From an uncultured Oscillospiraceae bacterium (GTDB lineage: Bacteria > Bacillota > Clostridia > Peptostreptococcales > Anaerovoracaceae), in NCBI GenBank assembly GCA_964369465.1, contig CAYJEX010000003.1, forward strand, positions 21,063-85,062: 64,000 nt of DNA. The letters run 5' to 3'. A program made the position numbers and the translations under genes. This document shows positions 1-10,008 of this stretch, in pieces; within the stretch, counting starts at the first letter, position 1; every line of letters starts with the position of its first letter. The notes under the pieces are model-generated. The model ran no database searches. It saw only the letters and a list, made by a program, of their open reading frames with translations, and had not been told where the DNA came from.

Positions 1-467
1 TGAAATTTTACGATAGAGGTGTACGTTGGGATACTCAAGAATTAGATACTAAAGGACAACAGTGGATGGCAGCATATTTACCAGTTTGGATTTATAGTTA
101 TTATCAGAAAAAAGGTGATAAAGGATTACTTCATTACACAGCAGTAAATGCTAGAACAAAAGAAACAATGGGTAGTGTTCCAATTAATAAATTAAAACTA
201 TTTTTTGTTTCTTTATTTGTGGAAGTTATTGCGTTAATTTCAACAATGTTTGTTGACTTTGACGGAGGCGAATTTGCACTATTATTAGGAGGTCCAGGAT
301 TTTTTGCTATTATGTATGCAAGATATCGTAACAGTAGTGCTAGGCATGCACATGAAACCGAAACAAAATCATATTCAAAAAATATGCGGACAGTGGATGA
401 TTTTGTAAAACATAGAAAAAAATTATCAAATGCAAAAATGACTGGAGCAAACAACGAAAAAGTGTAA
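1..467 (+). CDS. hypothetical membrane protein, 5' end cut by the window edge
   Basis: Frame 3 is open from nt 3 (KFYDRGVRWDTQELD...) into the listed 66-467 ORF, so the gene begins upstream of the window. It has two hydrophobic helices (LFFVSLFVEVIALISTMFV, LLLGGPGFFAIMYA). No family recognised. Confidence 0.5.
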   Translation, partial: KFYDRGVRWDTQELDTKGQQWMAAYLPVWIYSYYQKKGDKGLLHYTAVNARTKETMGSVPINKLKLFFVSLFVEVIALISTMFVDFDGGEFALLLGGPGFFAIMYARYRNSSARHAHETETKSYSKNMRTVDDFVKHRKKLSNAKMTGANNEKV

Positions 468-488
468 TATAGAACATTTACATAAAAA

Positions 489-519
489 ATAGCATAGTAT
501 AACTATGCTATTTTTTTTT
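489..519 (+). terminator. intrinsic terminator
   Basis: A perfect 10-bp stem, atagcatagt (489-498) with actatgctat (502-511), has a 3-nt loop and is followed by a run of nine T. Confidence 0.75.
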
Positions 520-644
520 ATTTGCATTTAAAATCAAGTTAATTTTTTGGTGAATTTTCGCTTAAAATATTAATAGAAATTATGGAATATACTTGTATAA
601 TTTGATATACTATAATGTAAGATAAAAATGAAAAGGTGAAGTTT

Positions 645-2369
645 ATGAAGAAGAAAAAGAAAACAGAACAAACTGAAGATAATTTGAAAATCAGCAACTC
701 CGATTTTCCAGGAGATAATTTGACTGAGATGCAAGAACACGATGAAGAAGATTTATCCCATATGACTAAGTGCGAATTAGATAAAATAGAATTAATGAAA
801 AACAGCACAAATTTGGATACTGAAGATGAGAAAGATTCTACAAAAAAAGAAAAAAGTAAGAAATCTAAAATTTTTGGAATTGTGATTTCAATATTTCATC
901 TAATATCAATTGCTATATTTTCGTTAGTATTATTTGATTTATCACTTCTTCCACTTCTATATTTATCTATTATTATAGCGTTAAATATTTTAATATGGAT
1001 AATTATTTTTATTATTCAAATTAAATCAAAGAAAAAAGCTCTTATTAGCAAGATAATTGCCATAATACTTATATTTTCATTGTCAATAGGTGCATATCTT
1101 CTTTTTATTGCAGGAAGCGCACTTACTTCAATCTCAGGTAGCGATGAAAAAATAGATATAATTAAAGTTTATGTGTTATCTAGTGACAGTAGCACAGATA
1201 TAGAAGATGTATCTGACTATACGTTTGGAGTGTTTTCTGCTCCAGGAGATACGACTACAGCTACAACTATATCTCAAATTGAAAGCGAGCTTGGAAACAC
1301 AATAAATATATCAGAATATAATAGTTTTCTAGAACAAGCAACTGCACTGAATAATGGAGAAGTAAATGCAATTATAATTAATAGCTCTTATATTGACGTT
1401 ATTAATGACTCATTAGAGAATTTTGAATCTAACATTAAAGAAGTATATTCTTATGAAATAGTCACACAGCTAGATACAAATTCAGCAAGTTCAAACATTA
1501 CAGAGGATCCATTTACAGTTTTGATTAGTGGAATTGATCAATATGGAACTATTGACTATACCGGAAGAAGTGATGTAAATATTCTAGCTATAATAAATCC
1601 AGTCACAAGGGACATATTACTCGTTACTACACCACGTGATACGTTTCTTGAGTTTCCGGATTTTTCATATGGGCAAAAAGACAAACTAACGCATTCTGGA
1701 ATATATGGAGTAGATGTTACAATGAATGCTTTAGCTAATTTATATCAAACAGATGTAGATTACTTTGTAAGGCTCAATTTCACCTCTCTAATCAATTTAG
1801 TAGATGCTTTAGGGGGAATAGAAGTTGAATCAGATCAAGCCTTCACAACCTCTCAGAATAGCGGTAAAGTCTTTGATGTTGAAATAGGGACAAATACACT
1901 TGATGGTGAAGAAGCACTAGCATTTTCAAGAGAAAGGAAAAATGTTTCTGGAGGAGATTATACGCGTGGAAAACATCAACAAGCTGTAATTACAGCAATG
2001 ATTGATAAAGCAATTTCTCCTTCAATTATTGTCAATGCAAATAGTATATTAGATGAAATTTCTGGTAATATGGAAACAAACATGTCTGAAGAAGAAATAC
2101 AAAGTTTAATACAAGACCAGTTGACAAAAGGAACAAGCTTTAATGTTACATCAGTTGATTTAACTGGAACTGGTGGTGCAGATTATACCTTCTCAATTCC
2201 TTCTACACAACTCTCCGTTATGTACCCTGACGAAAGAAGTTTAGAAGAAATTTCAATGAAAATTAAAGCTGTCAAAGGAGAAGATTTTTCTATATTTGAA
2301 GCAGTAGACATTACTATCTCTAATAGATTAATAGAAATTGAAGAAGAGGAAGAAGAGAATTATTATTAA
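645..2369 (+). CDS. LCP (LytR-CpsA-Psr) family cell-envelope phosphotransferase with an acidic N-terminal tail and TM segments
   Basis: Core LCP motifs are present: ILISGIDQYG..., RSDVNILAIINP, LVTTPRDT, KLTHSGIYG, DYFVRLNFTSLINLVDALGGIEV, ALAFSRERK. The ATG at 645 follows AAAGG; the listed start at 636 is GTG. Confidence 0.85.
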   Translation: MKKKKKTEQTEDNLKISNSDFPGDNLTEMQEHDEEDLSHMTKCELDKIELMKNSTNLDTEDEKDSTKKEKSKKSKIFGIVISIFHLISIAIFSLVLFDLSLLPLLYLSIIIALNILIWIIIFIIQIKSKKKALISKIIAIILIFSLSIGAYLLFIAGSALTSISGSDEKIDIIKVYVLSSDSSTDIEDVSDYTFGVFSAPGDTTTATTISQIESELGNTINISEYNSFLEQATALNNGEVNAIIINSSYIDVINDSLENFESNIKEVYSYEIVTQLDTNSASSNITEDPFTVLISGIDQYGTIDYTGRSDVNILAIINPVTRDILLVTTPRDTFLEFPDFSYGQKDKLTHSGIYGVDVTMNALANLYQTDVDYFVRLNFTSLINLVDALGGIEVESDQAFTTSQNSGKVFDVEIGTNTLDGEEALAFSRERKNVSGGDYTRGKHQQAVITAMIDKAISPSIIVNANSILDEISGNMETNMSEEEIQSLIQDQLTKGTSFNVTSVDLTGTGGADYTFSIPSTQLSVMYPDERSLEEISMKIKAVKGEDFSIFEAVDITISNRLIEIEEEEEENYY

Positions 2370-2396
2370 ATAATAAGACAAATGAAAGGTAATAAA

Positions 2397-5048
2397 ATGG
2401 AAAAAATCGGATTGAACAAATTAAGGGATATGTTTTATGAATTTTATGAAAACAAGGGGCATCTAAAGCACCCTAGTTTTTCTCTTATTCCCGAAGAAGA
2501 TAAAAGCTTATTAATTATTAATTCAGGCATGGCACCACTAAAACCTTTCTTTGCTGGACAGAAGACTCCACCATCTCCAAGAATGGTAACATGCCAAAAA
2601 TGCATACGAACCGCAGACATAGATAATGTAGGCTACACTTCAAGACATGGTACATTTTTTGAAATGCTAGGTAGTTTCTCTTTTGGAGATTATTTTAAAA
2701 GTGAGTCATTACAATGGGGTTGGGAATTTATAACTGAAGTACTAGAACTTCCTATAGACAAATTATGGGCATCTGTTTACGAAGAAGATGATGAAGCTTA
2801 TAGTATATGGAAAAATGTAATTAAAATTCCTGAAGATAGAATTGTAAAATTAGGTAAAGATGATAATTTTTGGGAAATAGGTGTTGGCCCATGTGGACCT
2901 TGTTCTGAAATATATTATGATCGTGGCGAAAAATATGCTTGTAATAATCCTGATTGTAAACCAGGATGTGACTGCGATAGATATATTGAATTTTGGAATC
3001 ATGTATTTACACAGTATCATAAAGACTCTGAAGGCAATTATACAGACCTTATGCATAAAAATATTGATACAGGAATGGGATTAGAAAGAATTGCTTGTAT
3101 AATGCAAGATGTTGATTCTATTTTTGCTGTAGATACTATTTCAACAATAATCGAAAATGTTGAAAATATATCTGGAATCAAGTATCAAAATGGAGAACTT
3201 ATCGAACAAGAAAATGGTACGATGTCCCCATCTAATACGGATGTTTCCATTCGAATTATTACCGATCATATTAGATCTGCAACATTTATGATAGGCGATA
3301 AAATTATGCCTAGTAATGAAGGAAGAGGATATGTTTTAAGGAGATTAATTAGACGTGCAGTTAGACATGGATATAAACTAGGAATAAAAGAACCTTTTAT
3401 GGCTGATCTTTCTAGTAAAGTAATTAGTACATGTTTGAGTGCATATCCTGAATTAGAAGCAAACAAAGATTTCATAAATAAGATCATCGATATTGAAGAA
3501 AACAAATTTAATGAAACACTTAAGCAAGGATTACATATTATAGAGAAAAACATAAAATCATTAAACAAAAATAATACACATTGTTTAGATGGCAAGCAAG
3601 CGTTTAAGTTACATGATACATACGGGTTTCCGATTGATTTAACAGAAGAAATACTAATTGAAGCAGGTCTTTCTGTTGATAAAGATGAATTCAACAGATA
3701 CATGTTAATCCAGAAAGAGGCAGGGAAAAAAGATGCTGCCGAAACTGATGAGGCGTGGGAAGAGAACTCCTTAGACTTTATTGTGGAAGGCAAAACAGAT
3801 TTTATAGGATACGATAATACTATCTCTCTTTCTAATGTTAAGGCTATTTTCAAAGATAAAAAGAATGCAAACATTATTGAAGAAGGAGAAATTGGAAAAG
3901 TAATATTTGATATAACACCTTTTTATCCTGAAGGTGGGGGACAAATTAGCGATATAGGAATAATGTATAGTGACGATACTGAAGCCGAAATATTAGAAGT
4001 AGTAAAATACCAGAATGTTATTGCACATAAAGTCAAAGTAATAAAAGGAGAAGTAAATCCAAATGAAGAATTTAATTTACTTGTTGACATAAAACATAGA
4101 AATTTTTCTTCTCGAAATCATACTGCAACACATTTGCTACACCAAGCACTCCAAGATGTTTTAGGCGAACATATTCAACAAGCTGGCTCAAAAGTAACAA
4201 ATGAAGACTTGAGATTTGATTTTACCCATTACGAAGCTATTTCTTCCGAAGATGTTTTCAAAATTGAAAAACTAGTTAATGACAAAATCGATGAATTTTT
4301 ACCTGTGACATGGGAAGAAATGAATACAAAGGACGCATTAAAACAGGGTATTACTGGTTTATTTAAAGAAAAGTATGGTGATGTTGTACGAGTTTTAACT
4401 GTTGGAGATTATAGCCAAGAATTATGTGGTGGAATACATGTTAACAATACTGGTCAGATAGGAAGTTTTAAGATAATTAGTGAATCTGGAATAGCCTCTG
4501 GTGTGAGAAGAATTGAAGCTATCACTGGCAGAGCCGTACTAGATCTATTATCAGAAAAGGAAAATATTATTTCAACATCTGCATCTATGCTCAAAACAAA
4601 TCCTTTGCAAATTGTTGAAAAACTTGAAAACCAAATTGAAATATTTAAAGAAACAAAAAAAGAACTTGATGAAATTAAATCCCTTAATCTATCATCATCA
4701 TCAAGCGATATAATTAACGAAGCAATAGATATCAATGGAATCAAATTTATTAGCAAAAAATTTGATGGGTATCAAATAGATGATTTAAGATCGATTTCTG
4801 ACTCCTTAAAAAAGAACAATAATAATCTAATTATGGTTTTTGCATCAATAATTGAAAATAAAGTCACTTTCTTAGTTTCAATTACAGATGACTTAGTTTC
4901 AAAAGGTTATCATGCGGGTAAAATAATAAAAGAAGTTTCAGCTATCTGTGGCGGTGGCGGTGGTGGAAAAGCCGACATGGCTCAGGCTGGTGCAAAAGAT
5001 ACAACTAAGGTTGAAGAAGCGCTTAAATTTGCTGAATCATTTTGTTAA
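2397..5048 (+). CDS. alaS: alanine--tRNA ligase
   Basis: Full-length AlaRS: FYENKGH, catalytic core, editing-domain HxxxH (HTATHLLH) and a C-terminal DHHA1-like GGGGGGK. The ATG at 2397 is preceded by GAAAGG. It starts only 27 nt after the LCP stop, so there is no room for a T-box leader. Confidence 0.97.
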   Translation: MEKIGLNKLRDMFYEFYENKGHLKHPSFSLIPEEDKSLLIINSGMAPLKPFFAGQKTPPSPRMVTCQKCIRTADIDNVGYTSRHGTFFEMLGSFSFGDYFKSESLQWGWEFITEVLELPIDKLWASVYEEDDEAYSIWKNVIKIPEDRIVKLGKDDNFWEIGVGPCGPCSEIYYDRGEKYACNNPDCKPGCDCDRYIEFWNHVFTQYHKDSEGNYTDLMHKNIDTGMGLERIACIMQDVDSIFAVDTISTIIENVENISGIKYQNGELIEQENGTMSPSNTDVSIRIITDHIRSATFMIGDKIMPSNEGRGYVLRRLIRRAVRHGYKLGIKEPFMADLSSKVISTCLSAYPELEANKDFINKIIDIEENKFNETLKQGLHIIEKNIKSLNKNNTHCLDGKQAFKLHDTYGFPIDLTEEILIEAGLSVDKDEFNRYMLIQKEAGKKDAAETDEAWEENSLDFIVEGKTDFIGYDNTISLSNVKAIFKDKKNANIIEEGEIGKVIFDITPFYPEGGGQISDIGIMYSDDTEAEILEVVKYQNVIAHKVKVIKGEVNPNEEFNLLVDIKHRNFSSRNHTATHLLHQALQDVLGEHIQQAGSKVTNEDLRFDFTHYEAISSEDVFKIEKLVNDKIDEFLPVTWEEMNTKDALKQGITGLFKEKYGDVVRVLTVGDYSQELCGGIHVNNTGQIGSFKIISESGIASGVRRIEAITGRAVLDLLSEKENIISTSASMLKTNPLQIVEKLENQIEIFKETKKELDEIKSLNLSSSSSDIINEAIDINGIKFISKKFDGYQIDDLRSISDSLKKNNNNLIMVFASIIENKVTFLVSITDDLVSKGYHAGKIIKEVSAICGGGGGGKADMAQAGAKDTTKVEEALKFAESFC

Positions 5049-5126
5049 ATATATTAAAAGTGTGTTGAAAAACTGATATTGTATAATCTATACAAATAAG
5101 ATATACTATATATAGGGAGGTGAACT

Positions 5127-5390
5127 ATGGAACAACGCAAAACTATGAATACGATCATGATGAGCCCTGAGGCATTGAAGGATAAAGTTACAATTGATGA
5201 AATACTTAAATTAGTATTTAACGCATTAGAAGATAGGGGATACAATCCAATTGATCAAATATCAGGTTATTTATTGTCCGGCGATCCAACATATATCACA
5301 AGTCATAACAATGCAAGAGGATTTATCAAACAAATTGATAGAGAAGATATAATGGAAGAACTTGTTACTTTTTATCTTTCGAAAAAATAG
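5127..5390 (+). CDS. ireB: UPF0297 / IreB-family small regulatory protein
   Basis: 87 aa with the YrzL/IreB signature DQISGYLLSGDPTYITSHNNAR. It sits in the conserved alaS-ireB-ruvX order and has a GGGAGG RBS. Confidence 0.8.
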   Translation: MEQRKTMNTIMMSPEALKDKVTIDEILKLVFNALEDRGYNPIDQISGYLLSGDPTYITSHNNARGFIKQIDREDIMEELVTFYLSKK

Positions 5391-5422
5391 TGTTTAATAC
5401 CTAAATATCAAATTATATTTAT

Positions 5423-5445
5423 GCGGGATTTATCCCGCTTTTATA
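5423..5445 (+). terminator. intrinsic terminator (possibly partial)
   Basis: The hairpin gcggga-ttta-tcccgc is followed by TTTT, 33 nt after the ireB stop. Confidence 0.7.
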
Positions 5446-5511
5446 TTATTCGTAATATAGTTATCGATAATATATTATTGTAAACTAAAAATGAAGGGAA
5501 TAGAGAAGTAT

Positions 5512-5934
5512 ATGAAAATCATAGGATTAGATGTAGGAGATAAAACAATTGGAGTTGCGCTAAGTGATGAACTTAAGATGATTGCTCATGGTCTATGTAC
5601 AATTGAAAGAGTAGGCATTCGAAAAGATGCTGGAAAAATAATAGATATAATCAAAGAGCATAATTGTGAAACAGTTGTTATTGGACTCCCATTAATGCTA
5701 AATGGAAGTAATAGTATTCAAACAGATAAAGTAATTGAATTCAAAGTAATGCTTGAAAATAAAATGAAAAGTGTTGCAATGGGAAATATCAAAATTGTTT
5801 TTGAAGATGAACGATTCACAACATCTATAGCCGAAAAAGTTTTAATCGAAGGAAATGTAAGAAGGGAAAACAGAAAAAAATATATAGACAAGCAAGCTGC
5901 TATAATAATATTACAAAGTTATTTAGACAAATAG
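5512..5934 (+). CDS. ruvX: Holliday junction resolvase-like / pre-16S rRNA nuclease RuvX (YqgF)
   Basis: MKIIGLDVGDKTIGVALSD at the N-terminus and a C-terminal DERFTT...A motif identify it. About 140 aa. Confidence 0.9.
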   Translation: MKIIGLDVGDKTIGVALSDELKMIAHGLCTIERVGIRKDAGKIIDIIKEHNCETVVIGLPLMLNGSNSIQTDKVIEFKVMLENKMKSVAMGNIKIVFEDERFTTSIAEKVLIEGNVRRENRKKYIDKQAAIIILQSYLDK

Positions 5935-6326
5935 TATTGCAGTATGTTAGGTATATGATTTCCTAAATCATTGGAAAGATTCAAGAGGGTATATATATAA
6001 TCATAATTTACTCAAATTGTTTTGTAGTTAACTATTCCTAAAATCACAATTTTGGGAATAGTTAAGGCTATTAAATTTATAGATGATCTAATCAAACATT
6101 TCAAGTTATAATTCAAACTATAATCATATAATCTTGCGTATAGAAACATTTGCTTACAGTAAAATATTATTGTATGTGCGCTAGAGACTTATCAATAGCA
6201 CATGTTGTAGTTTCAACGTTTATCTTAACCTCTATTTTCCCTTCTAGTCGATTTTTTTTATCTTATGGACGTATTATACCTTTTATGCACACAAGTTATT
6301 CTAATATATAAACTATGTCATTTAAA

Positions 6327-6710
6327 TCAGTCAATTGTTGGTATTTGAATTACCATCCCAGGATAAATTTCATCTGCAGATATTTGATTTATTTCTTCAA
6401 TTGTATATATAAACTTTCTTATATCTAGATCCCCATCAGACAGTCTATCAGCAACATTCCATAAAGTATCTCCATCCATAATGGTATATTCAATGTATTC
6501 GTCACCAGCAATAGCCACAACATTGTTCTTAGGAAATGCAAAGTAAATAAGTGTAATAACAATGCTAAGTATCAATAGTGTCGCAAATATATATTTGACA
6601 ATAGTATTTGTTATGCTTCTTCTTTTTTTTCTATTACATTTTTGATAAGTATTTCTTTTACTAACTCTATCATAATATTCAAATGAAAATTCTCTTTCTA
6701 AATTATTCAT
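6327..6710 (-). CDS. YneA-like membrane-anchored LysM protein (putative SOS cell-division inhibitor)
   Basis: The ATG at 6710 follows GAGGAGGG. The protein has a basic N-tail, one TM helix (IVKYIFATLLILSIVITLIYFAF) and a C-terminal LysM domain (YTIMDGDTLWNVADRL...GMVIQIP). The longer listed ORF runs through the promoter. Confidence 0.7.
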   Translation of the reverse strand: MNNLEREFSFEYYDRVSKRNTYQKCNRKKRRSITNTIVKYIFATLLILSIVITLIYFAFPKNNVVAIAGDEYIEYTIMDGDTLWNVADRLSDGDLDIRKFIYTIEEINQISADEIYPGMVIQIPTID

Positions 6711-6721
6711 AATACCCTCCT

Positions 6722-6795
6722 CGAACATTTGTTCTGTTAGGTATATATTACAACGCGAACAAATGTTTGTCAATACATTTTTGAACATTTGTTCT
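6722..6795 (-). promoter_or_regulatory. Promoter (TTGACA-17-TAATAT) with three LexA/Cheo boxes
   Basis: The boxes are CGAACATTTGTTCT (6722-6735), CGAACAAATGTTTG (6756-6769) and TGAACATTTGTTCT (6782-6795). On the minus strand the -35 TTGACA is at 6773-6768 and the -10 TAATAT at 6750-6745. Confidence 0.75.
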
Positions 6796-6844
6796 TTTTT
6801 ATATAAAAAAATACATATCCTTAAATATGCACTTTTTTATATTA

Positions 6845-7864
6845 TTATCTACCGAAACCACAATTTGGATAAATACATGTCTCACAATCAAGGCACAATC
6901 CACCTACACCTAAACTTGCTAAATAATCTGGTGTTATTATTTTATTTGCCATAACTTTTGGTAATACTAGGTCAAATATTGTCCTTCTTGAATACATCAC
7001 ACATCCTGGCAAGCCCATAATTGGTATTCCCTCTTCTGTATATGCAATCATAAACATTGAACCAGGTAAAACTGGTGCACCATATGATATCACACTTGCT
7101 CCTGTTGCTTTTATTGCTGAAGGTGTAGTATCATCCGGATCAACACTCATGCCTCCCGTACAAAGAATAACTTCTGCACCTTCTTTTATTTTATTATTTA
7201 TCTCATTTGTAATATCATTTGGATTATCACTTAAAATTGTTATTGAGATAATATCTGTATCATATTCTTTTAATTTACTAGCTAAAGCAGGTCCAAATTT
7301 ATCTTCAATTCTACCATGATAAACTTCATTTCCAGTAACTATTATTGCAACTTTCTTATGTTTAAATGGTGATATTTTCATTAATGGAGTGTTACCTCCT
7401 ATTATTTTGGCAATTCCCATTTTCCCTTTATCAATTAAAAGGGGAACAACTCTTGTTCCTGCAAGTTTTTCTCCTTTTTTAACAGGAAAATTGTTTCCAC
7501 GTGCAGCGATGACTATTTCTCCAATTGCATTAACATTTTTTGTTTTTTCTTCATCAATTTCAAAGATTCCATCTACTTTGGCATATAAATCAATTTTTCC
7601 TTCTTTAACATCTCCACGTTCTATATTTTCACCTCTACATAATGCCACAATTATTTCAGCAGCTTCATTTTCGTGGTACTTCGTATCATCATTTTCCCAA
7701 ACATATAGATGTTCTTTGCCCATAGATAAAAGTTCTTTAATATCCTCTTCTTTAACTACATGTCCTCTTCTAAATACTGCATCTTTTATTTCACCTGGCA
7801 CAATTTTTGTCATATCATGACAAAGTACATGTCCTATTGCATCTTCTGTTTTAATTATTTTCAT
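6845..7864 (-). CDS. molybdopterin-binding (MoCF_biosynth / MoeA-like) domain protein with a Cys-rich C-terminus
   Basis: MogA/MoeA-type fold signature KVAIIVTGNEV...ILCTGGMSVDPDD. The C-terminal motif is CLDCETCIYPNC. The RBS is AAAGGAG. Confidence 0.65.
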   Translation of the reverse strand: MKIIKTEDAIGHVLCHDMTKIVPGEIKDAVFRRGHVVKEEDIKELLSMGKEHLYVWENDDTKYHENEAAEIIVALCRGENIERGDVKEGKIDLYAKVDGIFEIDEEKTKNVNAIGEIVIAARGNNFPVKKGEKLAGTRVVPLLIDKGKMGIAKIIGGNTPLMKISPFKHKKVAIIVTGNEVYHGRIEDKFGPALASKLKEYDTDIISITILSDNPNDITNEINNKIKEGAEVILCTGGMSVDPDDTTPSAIKATGASVISYGAPVLPGSMFMIAYTEEGIPIMGLPGCVMYSRRTIFDLVLPKVMANKIITPDYLASLGVGGLCLDCETCIYPNCGFGR

Positions 7865-7880
7865 CGCTTCTCCTTTTTGA

Positions 7881-8714
7881 TTAGTCTAAATATAATTCTT
7901 TTAATAATTTGATTTCATCTGCGTATCCTTGTATATCATTTGGTGTTTCTAATAAAAACGGTATATTCTTTAATTTAGGATGATTTATGATATTTTTTAT
8001 AGCATCTATTCCAATTTCTCCCTTTCCAATACACGCATGCCTATCTTTGTGCGCTCCTATTGGATTAAGGCTATCGTTTAAATGAATTGCTTTTAATCTT
8101 TCTAATCCAATTATATTATCAAATTCCTCAATTACATCATCAAGGTTATTTATAATATCGTATCCTGCATCACTAATATGGCATGTATCTAAGCATACTC
8201 CCATTTTATCTTTAAGCTTAACTCCATCAATTATTTTCTTTAGTTCCTCAAATTTGCTCCCTACTTCTGTTCCTTTACCTGACATTGTTTCTAAAAGTAT
8301 TGTTGATGTATGTTCTTCTTTAATTACTGCATTTAATAAAGTAATAATCTGGTCTATTCCAGTTTCTATTCCTTGTCCTGTATGGCTCCCCGGATGAAAA
8401 TTATATAGTTGATGTGGGGTGAATTCCATTCTCTCTAAATCGTCCTTCATTGTTAAGTATGCAAACTCACGCGTTGCTTTTGTAGCTGAACAAGGATTTA
8501 GTGTGTATGGCGCATGTGCTAAGATTTTTGCAAATTTATGTTTGTTCATAAGTTCTAATAGTTTATCCACATCAGATTTGTCAATATTTTTCGCTTTGCT
8601 TCCTCTTGGGTTCCTCGTAAAAAACTGAAAAGTATTTGCACCTATCTCTAATGCTTCTTTTCCCATATTTGCAAAACCACTTGATGATGATAAATGACAT
8701 CCTATATTTAACAT
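7881..8714 (-). CDS. nfo: deoxyribonuclease IV (endonuclease IV)
   Basis: Identified by [23 protein letters not shown], metal ligands HPGSH and LETMSGKG, and DTCH...H..D. Confidence 0.92.
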   Translation of the reverse strand: MLNIGCHLSSSSGFANMGKEALEIGANTFQFFTRNPRGSKAKNIDKSDVDKLLELMNKHKFAKILAHAPYTLNPCSATKATREFAYLTMKDDLERMEFTPHQLYNFHPGSHTGQGIETGIDQIITLLNAVIKEEHTSTILLETMSGKGTEVGSKFEELKKIIDGVKLKDKMGVCLDTCHISDAGYDIINNLDDVIEEFDNIIGLERLKAIHLNDSLNPIGAHKDRHACIGKGEIGIDAIKNIINHPKLKNIPFLLETPNDIQGYADEIKLLKELYLD

Positions 8715-8822
8715 TTGATCGTCCTTTCTTAAGTTGTAATAATTTATCCTTTAACACACTCTTATATTTTACCTTAAATATATAATTCTTTAAATGATTT
8801 TATTGAAAATTTAGAACAATTT

Positions 8823-8856
8823 AAAAGAAAATCTTTAGTTATAAAGATTTTCTTTT
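8823..8856 (-). terminator. intrinsic terminator after etfA (symmetric, could act in both directions)
   Basis: A perfect 15-bp stem, aaaagaaaatcttta (8823-8837) with taaagattttctttt (8842-8856), has loop gtta. The U-rich tract is built into the stem ends. Confidence 0.7.
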
Positions 8857-8896
8857 AATTAAATGAATTATATTTTTTCAAAAATGTTTTATGATT

Positions 8897-9994
8897 TTAC
8901 TTTGTTGACTCTTCTAACAAAGTTTCTGCATTATCCCATTCTGAAATTATTTCTGGTATAACTTTATAAAGATCTCCAACAATACCATAATCTGCAACTT
9001 CAAATATTGGTGCATCTGGGTCCTTATTTATTGCAACAATAATATCTGAAGTTTGCATTCCAGCCAAATGTTGAATTGCTCCAGAAATTCCACATGCAAA
9101 ATATATTCTAGGCTTAACTGTTGTGCCTGTTTGACCCACTTGGTGCGAATGATCTATCCATCCAGAATCAACTGCTGCTCTTGAAGAGCCTACTACTCCT
9201 CCGACTTTATCTGCAAATTTCTTTATTAAATCAAATCCTGAAGAATCACCTAGCCCACGTCCACCAGAGCAAATTATTTCCGCGTCAGTTAATGAAACTA
9301 ATTCTTTAGCCGATTTAACAATTTCAACAACTTTAGTTCTAATATCAGATTCACTGATTTTAACATCAACTTTAATTAAGTCTCCTGTCGCTCCTTTTTG
9401 TAGCTCTCTTTTTTTCATTACGCCAGGTCTAACTGTAGACATTTGAGGCCTTGTATTAGGGCAAATAATTGTTGCCATCAAGTTTCCTCCAAAAGCAGGT
9501 CTAGTTTGTTTTAATCCTTTATCATCACTATTTCTATCTAGCTTAGATGTGTTACAAGTTGTATATTTCTCCAAATAATCAATATAATTATTCATACTAA
9601 TATCAAGCTTTGTACAGTCTGCTGTAAGCCCTGTATTAAGCCTTGCAGCTACTCTAGGTGCTAAATCTCTACCTATGTGTGTTGCTCCATATATAACAAT
9701 TTCAGGTTTATGTATCTCTAGTGCTTGCTCTATTACATGAGTATATGCATCAGTTGTAAAATTTTCTAAAAGTGGATCTTCAATCAAATATACTGAATCT
9801 GCTCCAGCTTCAAATAAATTTGGAACAAGTTTTTCTACGTTGTTACCTACTAGAAGTGCGCATACTTTTGAATCACCTATTTCTCTTGAAAGTCTATATC
9901 CTTCACCTATTAGTTCAAGGGAAACATCCATGATTTTTCCAGCTCTTTGTTCAGCATAAACCCAAATGTTTTTATATTCATTAAAATTTGTCAT
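8897..9994 (-). CDS. etfA: electron transfer flavoprotein subunit alpha
   Basis: Identified by [29 protein letters not shown], and FAD motifs GGRG...SRAAVD and [16 protein letters not shown]. The ATG at 9994 lies 6 nt after GGGAGGG; the listed start at 10009 is GTG. Confidence 0.9.
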   Translation of the reverse strand: MTNFNEYKNIWVYAEQRAGKIMDVSLELIGEGYRLSREIGDSKVCALLVGNNVEKLVPNLFEAGADSVYLIEDPLLENFTTDAYTHVIEQALEIHKPEIVIYGATHIGRDLAPRVAARLNTGLTADCTKLDISMNNYIDYLEKYTTCNTSKLDRNSDDKGLKQTRPAFGGNLMATIICPNTRPQMSTVRPGVMKKRELQKGATGDLIKVDVKISESDIRTKVVEIVKSAKELVSLTDAEIICSGGRGLGDSSGFDLIKKFADKVGGVVGSSRAAVDSGWIDHSHQVGQTGTTVKPRIYFACGISGAIQHLAGMQTSDIIVAINKDPDAPIFEVADYGIVGDLYKVIPEIISEWDNAETLLEESTK

Positions 9995-10008
9995 TACTTT
10001 CCCTCCCA

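Noticed and set aside
7389-7820. Long antisense or overlapping ORFs. Examples are 3266-3874(-), 7389-7820(+), 13040-13399(+), 18217-18579(+), 24007-24534(+), 36715-37101(-), 38248-38727(-), 55401-55970(+) and 57453-57896(+).
   Set aside because: Each lies entirely opposite a confidently identified gene. They lack an RBS and encode low-complexity, Ser/Ile/Phe/Leu-rich peptides typical of the reverse frames of AT-rich coding DNA. No family motifs were recognised.
8897-9994. An apparent insertion of about two dozen residues in EtfA ([29 protein letters not shown]) between the TADCT and TRPAFGGN blocks
   Set aside because: The impression rests only on my recollection of other EtfA sequences. Without an alignment I cannot establish that it is an insertion rather than normal family variability.
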